A stretch of 63,936 nucleotides of DNA, the filler included, from Folioceros fuciformis (Eukaryota), in NCBI GenBank assembly GCA_049999805.1. It is 8 parts of 8 records of this genome, joined end to end, with 100 filler letters (N's around TTAATTAATTAA, not from the genome) between each part and the next. Parts side by side here need not be neighbours in the genome. Positions count along the whole stretch, not along the records: positions 20,496 to 30,471 come from JBNGIO010005317.1; positions 30,572 to 40,059 come from JBNGIO010005318.1; 6 more parts are not named here. One strand, 5' to 3'. Numbering within the stretch: position 1 is the stretch's first letter; every line of letters starts with the position of its first letter. The position numbers and the translations under genes are program-made. A model generated the notes under the pieces. The model ran no database searches. It was not told the DNA's origin and saw only the letters and a list, made by a program, of their open reading frames with translations. Below are positions 26,084-39,590 of the stretch, in pieces.

Positions 26084-27250
26084 TGTTTAGTTTGCGAGGA
26101 GCGAAAAAGAAAAATTGCATTGTAAAAATGAAATTAAATTATGAGTTCACATTTGGCTCACTATATATGTGACTCTAGGTGACGATTCATGTTTCAAACC
26201 CTAACTTGCCTTATCCTTTTATATTTAACACTCCCTCTAAAGGTAAGCTAAGTTAGATTAAACACGTTCACACCACTACGAATTGGTTACGCTCGATTTC
26301 GTGCTGTCAATGTACTAGTGTTCTCGGGTCATCCTTGGTCTCTCGCCGCCACAAACCTTTCCTGGACCATTGTCTTCACAATCTCTGTTTTCGGCCTTGC
26401 TAGCGCGGTCGTCCTGGAACATCACTCTGCGTAAGCAGCTGGGAGCATGAAGACGTGAGGGGGAGCGAGCTACGAATGCCTTTTAATGTATCAGAGAAGG
26501 AAAAGGGGAAGGAGTATCCACGGGGGAGATGCGACTGCTGACTTGCAGTCACCGCCAGGGATGCCATGTCCCACACTAGAACAATTGGCGGCCAGTATAA
26601 ATAGCTTCGCCATCTCCAACCATGGGCCCTTTTCAGGGACTAGGAGGGCAGAGAGGATAGGGGAACCAGAGCATCCAGCGAGGATGCACTACTCCCTGTA
26701 TGCAGCCCTAGTCCTTGCTGCCAAGCTCAAAGCTACCATGGAGAGGATAACGGAGCTGGAGCTTATGCTAGCTAGTGGCAGGGTACCGCCGCCAGGTGAC
26801 GTAGAGCAGGAGGAGAAACCTGCTTCATACGAGAAGCATCATGTTGCTAGGAGATTAGGTCTTAAGGTTAGCTTCATCCTCCTTTGCAAGGCTATCCATC
26901 TCCCTCTGTTGTTTTAGTGACTGGAAATGTGTGTGGCGTTTGCAGCTCCTGTGCACCTTTAACAAAGACTGAAGGCACAACACCATTTCCTACGGAACCT
27001 CCGGGCTCCCGCCCACCCCAACAACCCCAGATAAGTCATCCGAAGTACTTCGTATAGCCCTAACCCTGAAAGGTGCTGGTAGTGTTTGTGCTTTGCTAGT
27101 CCTTTGGTTAGCACATCTGCGACATTAGAATTTGTGTCCACATGACCCACTTTCACAACCCCGCGCTCCACCACGTCTCTAATATAGTGATGCTGTATTT
27201 CTATGTGTTTAGTGTGGGCGTGGAAGCGTGGGTTGGCAACAAGGGCTAAG
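26084..27250 (-). mobile_element. Copia 3' end (family C): RNase H tail, long 3' region, PPT and short LTR
   Basis: NPRFHAHTKHIEIQHHYIRD..NVADVLTKGL at about 27060-27250; PPT TAGAGGGAG then TGTTAAA at 26230; left LTR boundary approximate. Confidence 0.7.
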
Positions 27251-27347
27251 TGTAAGGTTATTAAAGCCCAATGTGCTTAGAATAATGTGTTTAGTCTAAG
27301 ATTAATGTCTAGTTAAGTATCATTAGTTTAGATTAGCTTAAGCTAAT
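27251..27347 (+). mobile_element. Partial family B LTR inserted in RNase H
   Basis: Reverse complement of the family B LTR end (TGTAAGGTTATTAAAGCCCAATG...). Confidence 0.85.
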
Positions 27348-30300
27348 TGTTGAAATAGCACCACAGGCCTAGAAGGACTCCACAGTTCCTTTCTCAACTA
27401 ATGCTGAGTATTCTTCATCCATGGCTTGACACCACTTATCATCTGTCACTGCCTCAGCAAACTTGGTTGGCTCCTTACAAGCTGTGACCCTTGTCATATA
27501 CACATAATGTTGCGCATTGTAGCTTGTATAGGTGTACTTGTCAATGGGTTTCCTAACCCTCTCAGATCTCCTTGGGCTTGGTTAGTTTTGAACCTACCTT
27601 GCATGTTGTTGCTCCTTAGCACCTGGCGTTTCCACAGACGGAATGTCAAACTCACTGTCAATGCTCTCACTACTTGAGGATTCATATCCCTCATTTTCAG
27701 TTTTGCTGCTTTCTACTCTCCCCCTCATTGACATATCCGGGTCAATGGTCTTCGGTTTACCATTCCGCAGTCTTCCAGACCATGGATTCACCATTGGTCA
27801 CATCCTCACTCTTTGCTGGAGTACTCTTAATAGTACTCTCCCCTGTGGGTTCGTCATAGGGTAGTGCATCTGAGTTGCTATACCAGGAGGCTAACTCATC
27901 AAATACCACATCCCTGCTTATCAGGAACTCATGTGTGGATGACACATAACACTTATATGCCTTCCTATTTCGTGCATACCCCAGAAAAACACTCTTCACT
28001 ACTTTAGGATCCAGCTTTCTACGCTTCTCATCAGGTACATGCACATATGCAATGCACCCAAACACTTTCAAGTGCCTAATATCCGGCTTATAGTCATACA
28101 GTCTCTCAATTGGTGTAGCATCATGAATTCCTGCCGTAGGAGTTCGATTCAATACATACACTGCTGCCATCACTGCTTCTGCCCAATAATCGTTAGGTAA
28201 GCACTTCTCATCCAACATTGCCCTTGCTGTTTCCATGACTACCCTATTCTTCCTCTCTGCAACACCATTCTGCTGTGGTGTGTATCTGCAAGTCAGCTAG
28301 CTGCCTTCATATACCATGATCTGCAAGATACCTGTCAAACTCATTTGAGACATATTCTCCCCCTCCATTTGATCTTAGACTAGAGATGGAGCAGCTGAAT
28401 TCATTTCCAGCATGCTTTTTGAAGTCCTTAAAAGACTCGAACACTTCATCCTTATGCTTTAGTATGTACAGCCACGTGTACCTGCGGAAATCATCAATGA
28501 AGGAGACATAGTAGTGGGCTCGTCCAAACGATGCATTCTGTGAAGGACCCCATACATCAGAGTGTATCAATTGCAAAGGTCTCGAGCTGTTCTGCACGTG
28601 TCGCACAAATGGAAACCTTGACTGTTTTCCAAATTGACATGCAGAACACACATAACCAAGATCAGCATACTTGAACTTGGGCAATCCTTCCACCACGCTT
28701 TTCTATTGCATAGATTTCAGCTTCTTTATGTTCACATGCCCAATCCTCTTATGCCATATTTCAACATCACGTATGGCACCTGCATCATTTGCAAACATTG
28801 CTGCATTTAGCTCTAGAATGGATGCATCTAGAGTGAACATCCGTCCATTCCTACTACCTTTAGCAATCAGTTTGCGCCCTCTGTCATATTCTTCAATAAA
28901 GCATCCATCTTTATTGAATCGAACCTGCAGATTTTGTTCAGCCTTCTACCCAATAGACAACAGGTTCTTCGTAATGGTTGGAACATGCAACACATCTTGC
29001 AGACTCTTCTGCTGACCATTCGGCATCCTAAGAGGAACAATTCCTCTGTGCTTTATGTCATGTTGTGTGTCATCTCCTATACACACATGGCCATGGGGAC
29101 CTGCACCCATCTTGTTAAACCACTCACCATGCGGAGTCATGTGGTTTGATGCTCCTGAATCAATGTACCATCTCTCATCATTCTGCCCATCCTGTTCAGA
29201 GAGATGTTGCATGGCAAACAACCTATCCTGGTCATTTCCAGCATTACTAGAGGAGGCATAGTTCCCATGCTGCCTTCCTTTTCCTCTCATGTATGCTTGC
29301 TGCTTATAGCAATCCTTAGCAATATGACCAACCTTACCACATTAGTAACACTCCTTGTCTCTATTGGAATGGTCATGAGATTGAAAAGAACCATCTCTTC
29401 CTCTTGTGGCTCTACCTGCGCCTCTAAAACTTCCAGATTCTCTCTGGCCTTACGCATTTCCTCCACGCTAATTGTCTTGCTGATTTTGCGTGTTCCAAGC
29501 ATTACCCCGTCCTCGGAATGAACCACGACCTCTGTGGCCTCTCCCACGCTGGTTAGAAAACAAAATAGTGTCTCTCCCTTGAGATATACCTGAACCTGTG
29601 TTCAGACCAAGCTTAACTTCCTCATGCAGCAACAAAGCAACCAATTCATCCCAACTTGGGAACTCAACTCTCACAGAGATTGATGTGTCAAAGGACTTGT
29701 ACTCCTTGCCAAGTCCGTTCAGAGTAACTGCAACCATGTCATCTTCCATCACACTTGCACCGATTGTAGCAAGTTGATCAGCTATGGTCTTCACCTATGT
29801 TGTATACACGAGTATGGATCTGCTACCTCGTGACAAGTTGTTGAACTGCTGCTTCAACTGGATTTTCCTAGCATGTGTGACATTTCCATAGTTCGTCATG
29901 AGTATGTCCAATGCATCCTTCGGAGACTCACATCTCGTGATTTGTATGACCATAGCATCTGAAATGCTTAAGGAGAGCCAGTGTAACACTTTACATGCTC
30001 TCTCAGTCCAATGCTTGTGAGCAGTCGTTTGCTCCTGTGATGGAGTACGATCCATCTCTGGTTCACTCTCATCACCTGTGTAGAGGTCCCAATAGCCTCT
30101 ACCTACCAAGAAGTTCTTCATCCTGAACTTCCACAAAGCAAAACTCTTGTTATCCAACTTCTCTCCCACGACCTGAGAGATATTGTCTAATCCCTGCACA
30201 TTAGCCATGATTTAGGCTCCTTTACGTTGCTCCTGAGTCTCTCTCCCTCTTGCGCTCTCTTGCGCCTGTAGCGCCTGTTGCGCCTTCCTACGCCGCCTAC

Positions 30301-30471
30301 GCCGCTGTGCCTCCTACGCCTCTCAATGGCTTGCGTTGCCAGCCACCTTCACGCTCACGGCCATAGCCTCAAACCCCCACCATAGCCACCATGGCTGCCG
30401 GCGCTCTCTCTGGCTCTGACACCATGTTGAAATAGCACCACAGGCCTAGAAGGACTCCACAGTTCCTTTCT
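27348..30471 (-). mobile_element. Copia element (family D) lacking RT and RNase H
   Basis: Identical LTR-end sequence at 27348 and 30425; PBS TGGTGTCAGAGCCA at 30411-30424; gag from 30208, WYIDSGAS protease and integrase (LIHSDVWGP, QQNGVAER); sequence jumps from AMDEEYSALVE into the LTR. Confidence 0.88.
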
Positions 30472-30695
30472 NNNNNNNNNNNNNNNNNNNNNNNNNNNNN
30501 NNNNNNNNNNNNNNNTTAATTAATTAANNNNNNNNNNNNNNNNNNNNNNNNNNNNNNNNNNNNNNNNNNNNTGGAGTTCTCATTTTGTTGAGGCTAGGGT
30601 TGGTGTTGTGGTAGGAGCCGAAGACAGGACCGAGAGTTCTGATCTATTGCTGTAGCACTTGGTATATGCTAATAGATAGGGTGAGATTAGGGAGA

Positions 30696-32620
30696 TGTAG
30701 GTAACCTTGACATTAGTTCACTCCCTTGGGAGCGAATCATAAGACTGCAATGATAATAAGGGGAAGTGTGGCCCCTTGGTGGTTCTTGGGTGTGCAGGAA
30801 ATCACTCCACAGCTGCCCCACGCCCGGAAGCAGAGGTCGCTTTCTTGCGAGCGGCAGGGAGGTAAGCCACCGATCTCACCTTCCCACCCCGTGAGTCCCC
30901 TACCTGGCAAACTCCACCGTTGGAAACCACCTTCTCACTCGTCTCCCCCTGACCTACCCAACTACACTCAGCAACACAATCCGCCCACCTTTCGCCATCC
31001 TCCCTAGCATCAGCTTCTGCCTCAAGGCTTGCCAGAATTCACTCGCGATGCGTGTCGCAAGGCAACAGGCAGCCCGCCTCCCGAGCTCGAAACTCGTCCA
31101 GGGGTGTGGAAGACTTGACCTACATGCTTGCCTTTGGGGGATCTAGAGCCGCCTTGTGGCCTCGGGATCCGTCGACACGCTAGATCCCTAGCACGACAGC
31201 ACCATTCTCCACAGACACCTCGTCCTTCCACTTCAGCATAGTAGGAGGTACCTGCAGCACCTCCCCACACCTCAAATCCCCGGCCTTCGGAGAACTCCGA
31301 CTGACTCGATCTTGGGGATTGCAGTTATCAGATGTCCCAGGAGCAAAATACTGCTGCCGCACACCTGGAACGTTCACCAAGCTACCTCAACCTTCCTCAG
31401 TGTTAGGATCCCACTCAGGCGGCACCAACGACACTTCTTCCTCCTCCCCACCAAGATGTAGGAATGGGAAACCAGATTCCACTACCAGGGGAAACCAATA
31501 TGTTGAGTCTTCCCATCCTGAGCCAAGACATTCTCATGGGACAAAAGTCCCAGCCTGTTCCCCACATCCGGCGACGCCCTTCTGCCCTTTGCCTGAGCGT
31601 CCCACCTCTTGTGGGCAAGCAGGCATGGTATCCCTACCAGGCACCCGCTCACATGTATCGTGGCCACATCAATCCCACGGTCGTTGTAGGTTTCCTTGGA
31701 ATCGCTCCCCTCTGAGCTTGGTCAGCTACGTCTATTGCTCCCCTACACTAGTCAACTCTCCCAACCACGTACCTACCAATCTGGCCACATGTCCCATCAA
31801 TAGGTAGGCACCATTCCTTCACTTGGGAGGGCCCCAGTACCTCCCCTACCGATTTCTACCTTCCAATCACGTTCCTACCAATCGTGCAACACGTCCTGTC
31901 AGTAGGTAGGCACCATTCCTTCACTTGGAACGGCCCCAGTACCTCCCCTACTGATTTCTACCTCCCTACACTCGATACCTTTTCCTCACAAGGCTCCCTA
32001 CAACACCTTCCTCTACCCACAATCTAGCTGCTCGTCTCCCTACACCCAGCAACCAACAAGTTTCCTCCGAGCCTACTCCGCTCCCTCCAACTCTGTTTAT
32101 CGTTCGCCTACGACATTCAACCTTTCCCAGCGCGTACCTTTAACACGTCCAGCCGGTAGGAAGGCACCATTCCTTCACTTGGAAGGGCCCTAGTACCTCC
32201 CCTACCAACTTCCAACTACCTACACCCAGCACCTTTCCCCACAAGTCTCCTCACAACACCTTCTACACGATCCAACTCCACATTTCCCTACGTTCAAGAC
32301 TCCCAACTAGACATCACAAGAACCTTTGCGATCGGCAACAGAAAGGGCACTCGCAGCTCCCCCTTCCGCCAGGATGTCCACGCAGGCTTACGAAAATTGG
32401 TTCTCTATTCGTCACAAAACACTTACAATCAAAGAACGGGGGCCTCTAGATCAAGTTCTTCGTTCTACTTATATAGGATGGCAAACGACTTCCTACCTAC
32501 CACTAGCCGCAGCCAGCTTTAACTACGCACATCTACCAAGAGGCTAAGACCTACCAATAGTTGCTAAGGCAGTGCGCACCGATGAAGATTAGGATTGTCA
32601 ATGCCGCCATAGAAGATTCA
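30696..32620 (-). mobile_element. Putative long 3' LTR of a non-chromoviral gypsy-like element
   Basis: PPT GAAAAAGGGGG at 32625-32635 followed by TG at 32620; three internal copies of a repeat near 31801, 31903 and 32157; left end uncertain. Confidence 0.45.
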
Positions 32621-32647
32621 TTGACCCCCTTTTTCAAAAAGGTATGG

Positions 32648-35095
32648 CTAGGATGGCTCTTGAAGGGAGGCAGAGTCTGAAGGTTGAGCCACTGGGCCCC
32701 CCTCCATTATTGGGATTCGTCTTCTTTTGGATCCACAAGCTTCCACCGTACCTTCCTCTGTGTGGATCTCTTGGGCTATCCCTTCACCACCACCTACAAG
32801 TTTGGTAGGGGAGGGTTCCCCTTGTTCCTCAACTTGAGGCTCCTTCCCTGCGTAGGGTGGGAATGTTCCCTCCGTAGGTAGGGTACCTACCATTCCTACC
32901 CCTCCTCTCGTAGGTAGGTTCCCTACCCCTCCTGGTACCCCTTGTTGCGCGCCCTTCCTAGCCCATAGCAGCTCCTCAGGTTCCCATTGCGAGCTCTCCA
33001 GTTCCATACTGCTGTCCTCTTGAAAGTCTATTGGTAGAGGCACTGTCTCCAGGGCCTCACGGTCGTCATCATGTGGCCCAAGATACCTTCGCCTTGCCAA
33101 TGCTGCCAGTTCCTTGTGATGAACGAGTAGACATTGGTGTAGGTGGAGGTTGCGATTCTGTTGAGCTAGATCTATGGTATCTATATCAACAACCCAATCC
33201 CCACCCTCGCATCTACTCTTGTAGATATCCCGTTCAGCCTCCATCGCCCCTACCTTCAACTGTAGGTCAAGGTTTTCTTGATGAGTTGCATGAAGCTTGG
33301 TCATGCACCTCGTCAAGTAGGCATAGTCAGCACGAAGCCTACGAGCTCGAACCACTAGCATCCTGTGAATCTTGGTCTGATGCTCAGCTTCTTATTGTGC
33401 TTTCTCCTGCTGAAGGTCTTCTAATTGGATGGTCAATTGTTCCCTCTCCACTCGCTCTCGTTGCCTTGCTTCAAGTCGTTGTTGGAGTTCCTGGTTCGCT
33501 TTAGCATTCTGTGCCTCCAACTCATCTAGCTTGCCTTGTAAATCCTTTGCAACGTAGACTTGTTCTCGTGGCTGTTCCTCCACCACCTTCCTAGTTTTCT
33601 CAGACTGGGCGAGGTCCCTTTGACATGCAATAATCTCATGTGATAAACCTTGTTGGGAAGTTTGCAACGTGGCCACCTGTTGGGTCAACTTCTTCAGTCC
33701 TTGCCCTTGCTCACCATCCTTGAGGAGATACTGTTCTCGCTCCTTTTCCAATTCCTGCACTTTGGATTCTAGTCGTGCCTGGTTTGCATCTCGACTTATG
33801 TCCTCTTGTAGTAGGGTTGCAATCATTGCACGGGCCTCTCCCCAATTGATGTGTTGTAGCTGTTGGCCACACTGAATGATGTTGCTCCACACTCCCAACA
33901 AAGTATCGTTACCTTGGCTTGTGGCGTGTGCTCCTCGGGCTGCTTCCCAATTCACTGGGCTCCTTCTCCGCAAATCTGGTGCTCCACTGTGTGCTTGCAC
34001 TACTGGTGTCATCGCCAAATCCCCTACCTGGTACCCTACCTCAACTATTGGCTGGCTTGGTCCAGGATCCCTCATTGTCTCCATCTCAGTTGGGGCGGAA
34101 TTTAGGGCTGCAGGGGTGGTGACTAATGATAGCCTTCGGTCCCTTTGCTGCTCCCTAGGTCTCCGTATCAATGGCGTGTCATCTTCATCAGACTCATCAT
34201 AGGCTGCCATGGCTGATTCGGAATCAAGTGGGGACTCCTCATCCGTAAGAGGGGTCGACACTCCACCGGAAATAAAAGCCTCCCCCTACAACGGGACAAC
34301 TACAAAAGGTTGTTCCGCCTCCTCCAACTCCTCTTGTGTTAACAACCCTTCAGTCTTCCATAAGTGCACCAAGTAAGTCGGGAGGTAGCAAGGACGTGCA
34401 CTCCCCCCCTCCCTACCGTTCGGCTTGAGCAACTTCTCCCTGTGGTAGGTATATGCCTCACACATAATTAACCCCCAGTCTGGCTTGGCTCCTTGAGTCA
34501 CTCTCCAAAGGAAGTGGAGGAAAGCATTGCTGAAATATGAGGTACGTTGATAGTTCACTAATCGAAGAGCCACCTTGGTGAACAACCGCCATTTGAGCTC
34601 CTTGATCCTCTCAGTCCTCCACCCGTTCTTGGTTCTTGCTGGCTCTCCTCCCAACAGCAATTCTAGTGCCCCAGATGGTAGGGTGGTGCTGGGTGACCTC
34701 CGCCCATCTATGGTTTTATCCAGGATCCCAATACCATCGCTCTCCTCTTCCGACCTACCATACACCTGTCGGATGCTCCGGACAGTCCAACACCGAGGGT
34801 CAGTCCTCGCGTTTCGTTCAGGTAGGGCTTCCAACTCCTCCTTCAATTGCTGTAGGTTGGTATAGCACTCCTTCACCAAGCCTTCATGAACATACGACGA
34901 GTGTTTGCCATATATCCAGTCAAGCTGGATGTTTGCGTCACATGCCCAAGTCTGTAGGTCTATCAAATCCCTTGAGTTCAGTTGGCCCCCAAAGCAAGAA
35001 AAGGACGGAACATTGGTTTGGGGGGAGCTGGCTGCCCTCGTGGGTCGTCCCCTACTACTGGAACCCACCTCAGTATTGTTGGAGGTCCGCGCCAT
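32648..35095 (-). pseudogene. About 815-codon retroelement accessory ORF (env position) with coiled coil and two in-frame stops
   Basis: ORFs 34286-35095, 33392-34261 and 32648-33361 share one frame, separated by single TAG and TAA stops; ends just before the PPT. Confidence 0.7.
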
Positions 35096-35836
35096 AGTTG
35101 ATAGAAGAAAACCCCAAGAATGTCGGTTGCCCTCCTTTACGCAAGGTTATACCCCTACCTCCGTAGGCAACTGCTCTCACTTCTGTGCAGCTGATTTCAC
35201 GTCCCTTGCACGTTTCTCCCTATAGCTCTCACCACAGCCAAGCCCTTTCTCTCTCTTTGAGTCCGCTTGGTCACAACAAGTAGGTCCCCGGCGAAGGTGT
35301 CTTGTCGCACAACTACTTCCTTATTTCCCGCTATGTAGGTAGATGTAGTTCCCTACGTGGAGGTGAGCACCCTTCGTTGATGGGACACCTTAGGTAGGGA
35401 CCCCTTTAAATACCCTCTTGTCGTAGGTATACTTCTATATGTAGTAACTGCCCTTAATAGATACCCTACATAGGTGTCCCCTTTTCTGTAGGTAGCTTGC
35501 CCTTCACAACTATATTTTTTATTTGGGTACTACCTCCCACAGAGATATCCTCCCTACGTGGGCATACCTTCTTATAGGTAGCCATCCCAAAGAAGGTAAC
35601 TTCTTTATAATACTACCCCTTATTATCGCCACTCATCTAACCTACCAAACCAAGACCAAACAAAACTAAAAATGTTATTAGTCGCTCCCTACCTACTGCG
35701 GGTATTTGCCAAAAACCCGCATTCCACACCTCTTTGCTGTCGGCTCACCCCAACAACCTTCAGACTACCTGCCCATCACCTTGGAACCTACCGTGAGCAC
35801 ATCTGCTGAATTCTCCTCTTGACAGACCACGACAGC

Positions 35837-38800
35837 TTACCCAGGAGCTGACATAGAAGGTGTCTTCTGGTAGGTAGTGGGCACCCAAGCATCCGAGTTC
35901 GCTTCGCCCTCTTCGACAAACTTTGCCTGGACACTTCCATCACTGAGAGCTGGCTGCGCGCTCGCCTGTCCCGGGTCTAACTGATGAAGATCTGCCACAC
36001 CACACGGCCGCCTCACTGGATCAACTCTACCTTCAACAGCCACCCCAAAAATCTCGTGATCACCCAACATGTGGTTGCTGCCAGCCATCGGGACGCCCTC
36101 CTCCCTCTCTCAGCCTGCACCTGAGGCCGAGATGGAGTTGTCCTTCTGAACCATGAGAGAGAGCAGCAACGGTTTTGGCTGATCCGACTTCAGGACCCCC
36201 CCGGTAGACTGGATCACCGCTTCGACTAAATTTCTTGCCTCCGAGACTTTGTCCTCCCAAACCATTGCGGTACGAGATGCATGCAACACTTCCCCACATC
36301 TCCCTTCCTCCGTTTCTGGAGGAGACACGCTAGATCGTGCCCGAAAACAACATTCGCCTAGAGCCCTAGGGGGAGCTTGTTGAGGCCGCCTACTTAAACG
36401 GCTCTCCAGACCGCCCTCCCCTGCCTCACGATTGGATCCCCGCTCCGGTGGCTCCTGGAGTGCTCCTCCCTCGTCTCCCTTTGCCGGCAGGGAGAGGAGC
36501 CCAGAGCTCGCTGCTGAAAAGCCAGGGGAATGATCAACCAAAGCCCTCTAGAGCCAAGGATCCCTCCTGGGCTAAATTGCCGGCTCTGCTTTTAGCACCT
36601 AGTAGCTCTCTAGAGTCACTGTCCTGTGCTGCCCTTGGCTTTGCAAGCCTTTCGACCGATTCAGGCTTCTCCTCTCCTTGTTCGGTCAAAAAAATAGCGC
36701 TAACCTTCAGCCCTTTGCAATGATCAAGGTCACTGCCTGGCCCTGGATCCTGTTGCCGAAACAGGGTGGTTTGGCGGTCCTCAACTTCTCCCTGGTTTGC
36801 CACCGAATCCCCCGATTCCCACCTACTCACAGGTCCAGCGGGCGCACCTACCATAGCTCTTGGATCCTCCCGTGCAAAATTCCCATGAAAACCTGTCCCA
36901 ACTGTTTTTCCCGGGCTCAGGACTTCAGGTTTGCGCACCTGTCTCCAAACTCGCTAACCTGCACCCTTACTAGCTGCCAGAAGATTTCCTTCACCCACAA
37001 GCTTACCGGAAGGCACAGACCGGTCTTCCACCCCCTCAGGGATAGTGTCCAAGGAAACTCCAAAGAAAGTCAACGGAGTGGGAAGCTCATTGCGAACATC
37101 CAGTAACACCTCTGAGGCGTTGTGTGGCTTGTTGGCATCAAATATTAGCTTCAAGTCCCTCCTAGCCAGAACACTTGTGGGGCATGCAAGTTGATTCCCG
37201 TGCAACAACTTGTATGAGCTTCCGCTTGCATCATGGCTCTCTTTGAGAGGGTTGCTGAACGTACTTGCTGATGCCGACCCTGTTCTCCGGGTGTACTCTT
37301 CATTGTCAAGATCCACCTCCATAGGCATAGCGCCCTCTGCAACCATGTCTTCTTCCCATCTGAGTTCCCACGTGCCTGGCAATTTTATTGAGATCGGGGC
37401 CGTGAGCAAACCCAAAAAACCTAGATGAGCCTTGAAGACCACCCTAGATGCCAGTGTAACCCTGCCTTTGCCAAACTTTGCGTCTTTGATGTAGGCCAAC
37501 GTCTGTGATTCCCCCATCTACTGTGACACACTATTGTCTCGAAGTTTGCACTCCTCACCCAACTCAATCAGTGTGATTGTAAACAGGATGGAAGAGCAAT
37601 CTTCCAATATGTGACACACCATATTGCGCCTAGCCCCTTGAAGATACCGGTTCCCCGCTTATTCGTCTAATCCCAGACCCGCCTGCAACATATTCCGAGT
37701 TCTCAGCTTAACAGTATCCCAGAAAGCAAGAAGCAAATGCCCCGTCGCGGCCCCTAGCTGGAGGGAGCGCGTAGGCAGGGCTCTGAGATCGCCCACCTTT
37801 GGCATCCAATAATAGAAATCTTTATCCACCTTCTTCCTCATGAGCACACAAATTTTGATGTGCGTGTTGGTTGCATCCGCACTTCCTGAGAATAAGATTT
37901 TCTGAATTCGACTTGCCCACTGCTGCGTTCCGGGGTTGAACCTCCAAGATTTCTTGAGCACTCCTTTAACTCTTGGCAGTGGACCTGGATGGGCCTTCTC
38001 CGATTTGTCACCTCCACTGCCAACACAAGCTCCGAGAGGACAAGCCTGCTTAAGGTGACTTTTCAAACCACAAACACCTCACCTGACAGGCAGATCAGGG
38101 TAGTCGAAGAGCTGGGTATAGCATCTAGATGGGTCTTCCGGATCGCAAACGATGACTCCTTCAGGTAGGGCAAGGAGGCTATCAACCCTAATGCCAAAAC
38201 AAGGGGGCTTGCAACTGTCAAAGAAGTGCTAATCCACCTTGGGAACCTCCACCACTCGGCCTATAGTCCCCAGGATCTTGCGTATCATCGGGATGAGCTG
38301 CACGGGTAGAGCAGGAAGTCCCACCTAGAGAAACTGCCGTTTGATTTTCAACTGCATAATTGTGTTCCCATGAGACCAGGCCTCCACAAGCACCGCGATG
38401 GAGCCCCAAAATGGCAGGGTTGTGTGTAAGATTGCTTGCGCACCCGCTGCCTCGTCACACTGGATCTGAAAAGAACCATCGGCCTTCAGGAAAACATATG
38501 CTGGAGGGTACCCGGTTACTTGAGTCGCCCAATTCTCCAGCTCCTCCACNNNNNNNNNNNNNNNNNNNNNNNNNNNNNNNNNNNNNNNNNNNNNNNNNNN
38601 NNNNNNNNNNNNNNNNNNNNNNNNNNNNNNNNNNNNNNNNNNNNNNNNNCCTCTGGACAGCAGCCGCCCCACAACAGAGCTGGCAACGAGTTTGTCTTCC
38701 TCCTGCTAAAAGTACCGCGCTTCCATGAGAACATCCGCTAGAGGGCCCAACTGAAAACCTGGACCTTCTTTTGCCAAAACCAAGGCATATTCTTGAGAAG

Positions 38801-38990
38801 CGTCCGCCTGTGCCTATTCACGAGCATAATCCACCTTAGGCGTCCGTACCTGAGTATCTGTCTCTGCCTCAACTTTTGTCCGGCTAGCATCAGATGGATT
38901 AGGAACCCTCCCCACCACGTTAAGCCCCCTTGCATTCTGTTTACTTGCACACTTACCGACCACAGCCGCCCATGTGCCAACTATTGAGCC
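35837..38990 (-). mobile_element. Decayed L1-type LINE ORF1
   Basis: DUF4283-like segment (LPFWGSIAVLVEAWS..VGLPALPVQL..KILGTIGRVV) followed by the knuckle *GVCGLKSHLKQAC and a long disordered tail. Confidence 0.65.
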
Positions 38991-39590
38991 CCCTCGTTGG
39001 GGGCTCATCGCCTCCATTGAGGCCCCAAGCTAGGCCCTTGGCATCACCACCTTCATCGCTCGTCCGCCAAGCATGGAGCATCTGAGAGGATACGAGTTGC
39101 TGAAAGGCTAGATTGAGCTTGGAAGTGGCAACTCTGCAAGCTTGTTGAAATACACAAGTTGTTGAAGATCTAAAATGTTGGAGCTTTTGAAGCCACAACG
39201 AAGAGCTTCAGCAAGTTGGAAGAGAGAGAAGCAACCTGATCGCCAAGAAGGAGCTGCTCGCAGCTTAGTTGTGGGGCACGGGAGTAGCCTGCCCATAGCA
39301 CAGTTATGAGAGTTGTGGGCGCAGGCACTGCGCGCTCGCAGCCCGGGTGCGAGAGCCTGGTGCACAGGCGTGGGCGTAGCCCTGCTGCGAGAGTGAGAGT
39401 AGGAGGCGGGGTGCCAGCCCGGCATTCCAGCCCTGACAATAGAGTAGGGCACGAGGCGGTAGCCCACATCCCATCGCGAGGGCAGGCCACAGGCGTGAGG
39501 TGCTAGCAGCCCAGCCGTGGGTGCAGGCCACGGGCGGGAGGTGCCAGCAGCCCGGCCACGGGCGCAAGGCGCCAGCAGCCCAGCCTCGGT

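Noticed and set aside
32648-35095. In-frame TAG/TAA stops repaired by U-to-C editing
   Set aside because: Such editing is known for organellar transcripts; C-to-T decay of a methylated nuclear transposon is the simpler explanation
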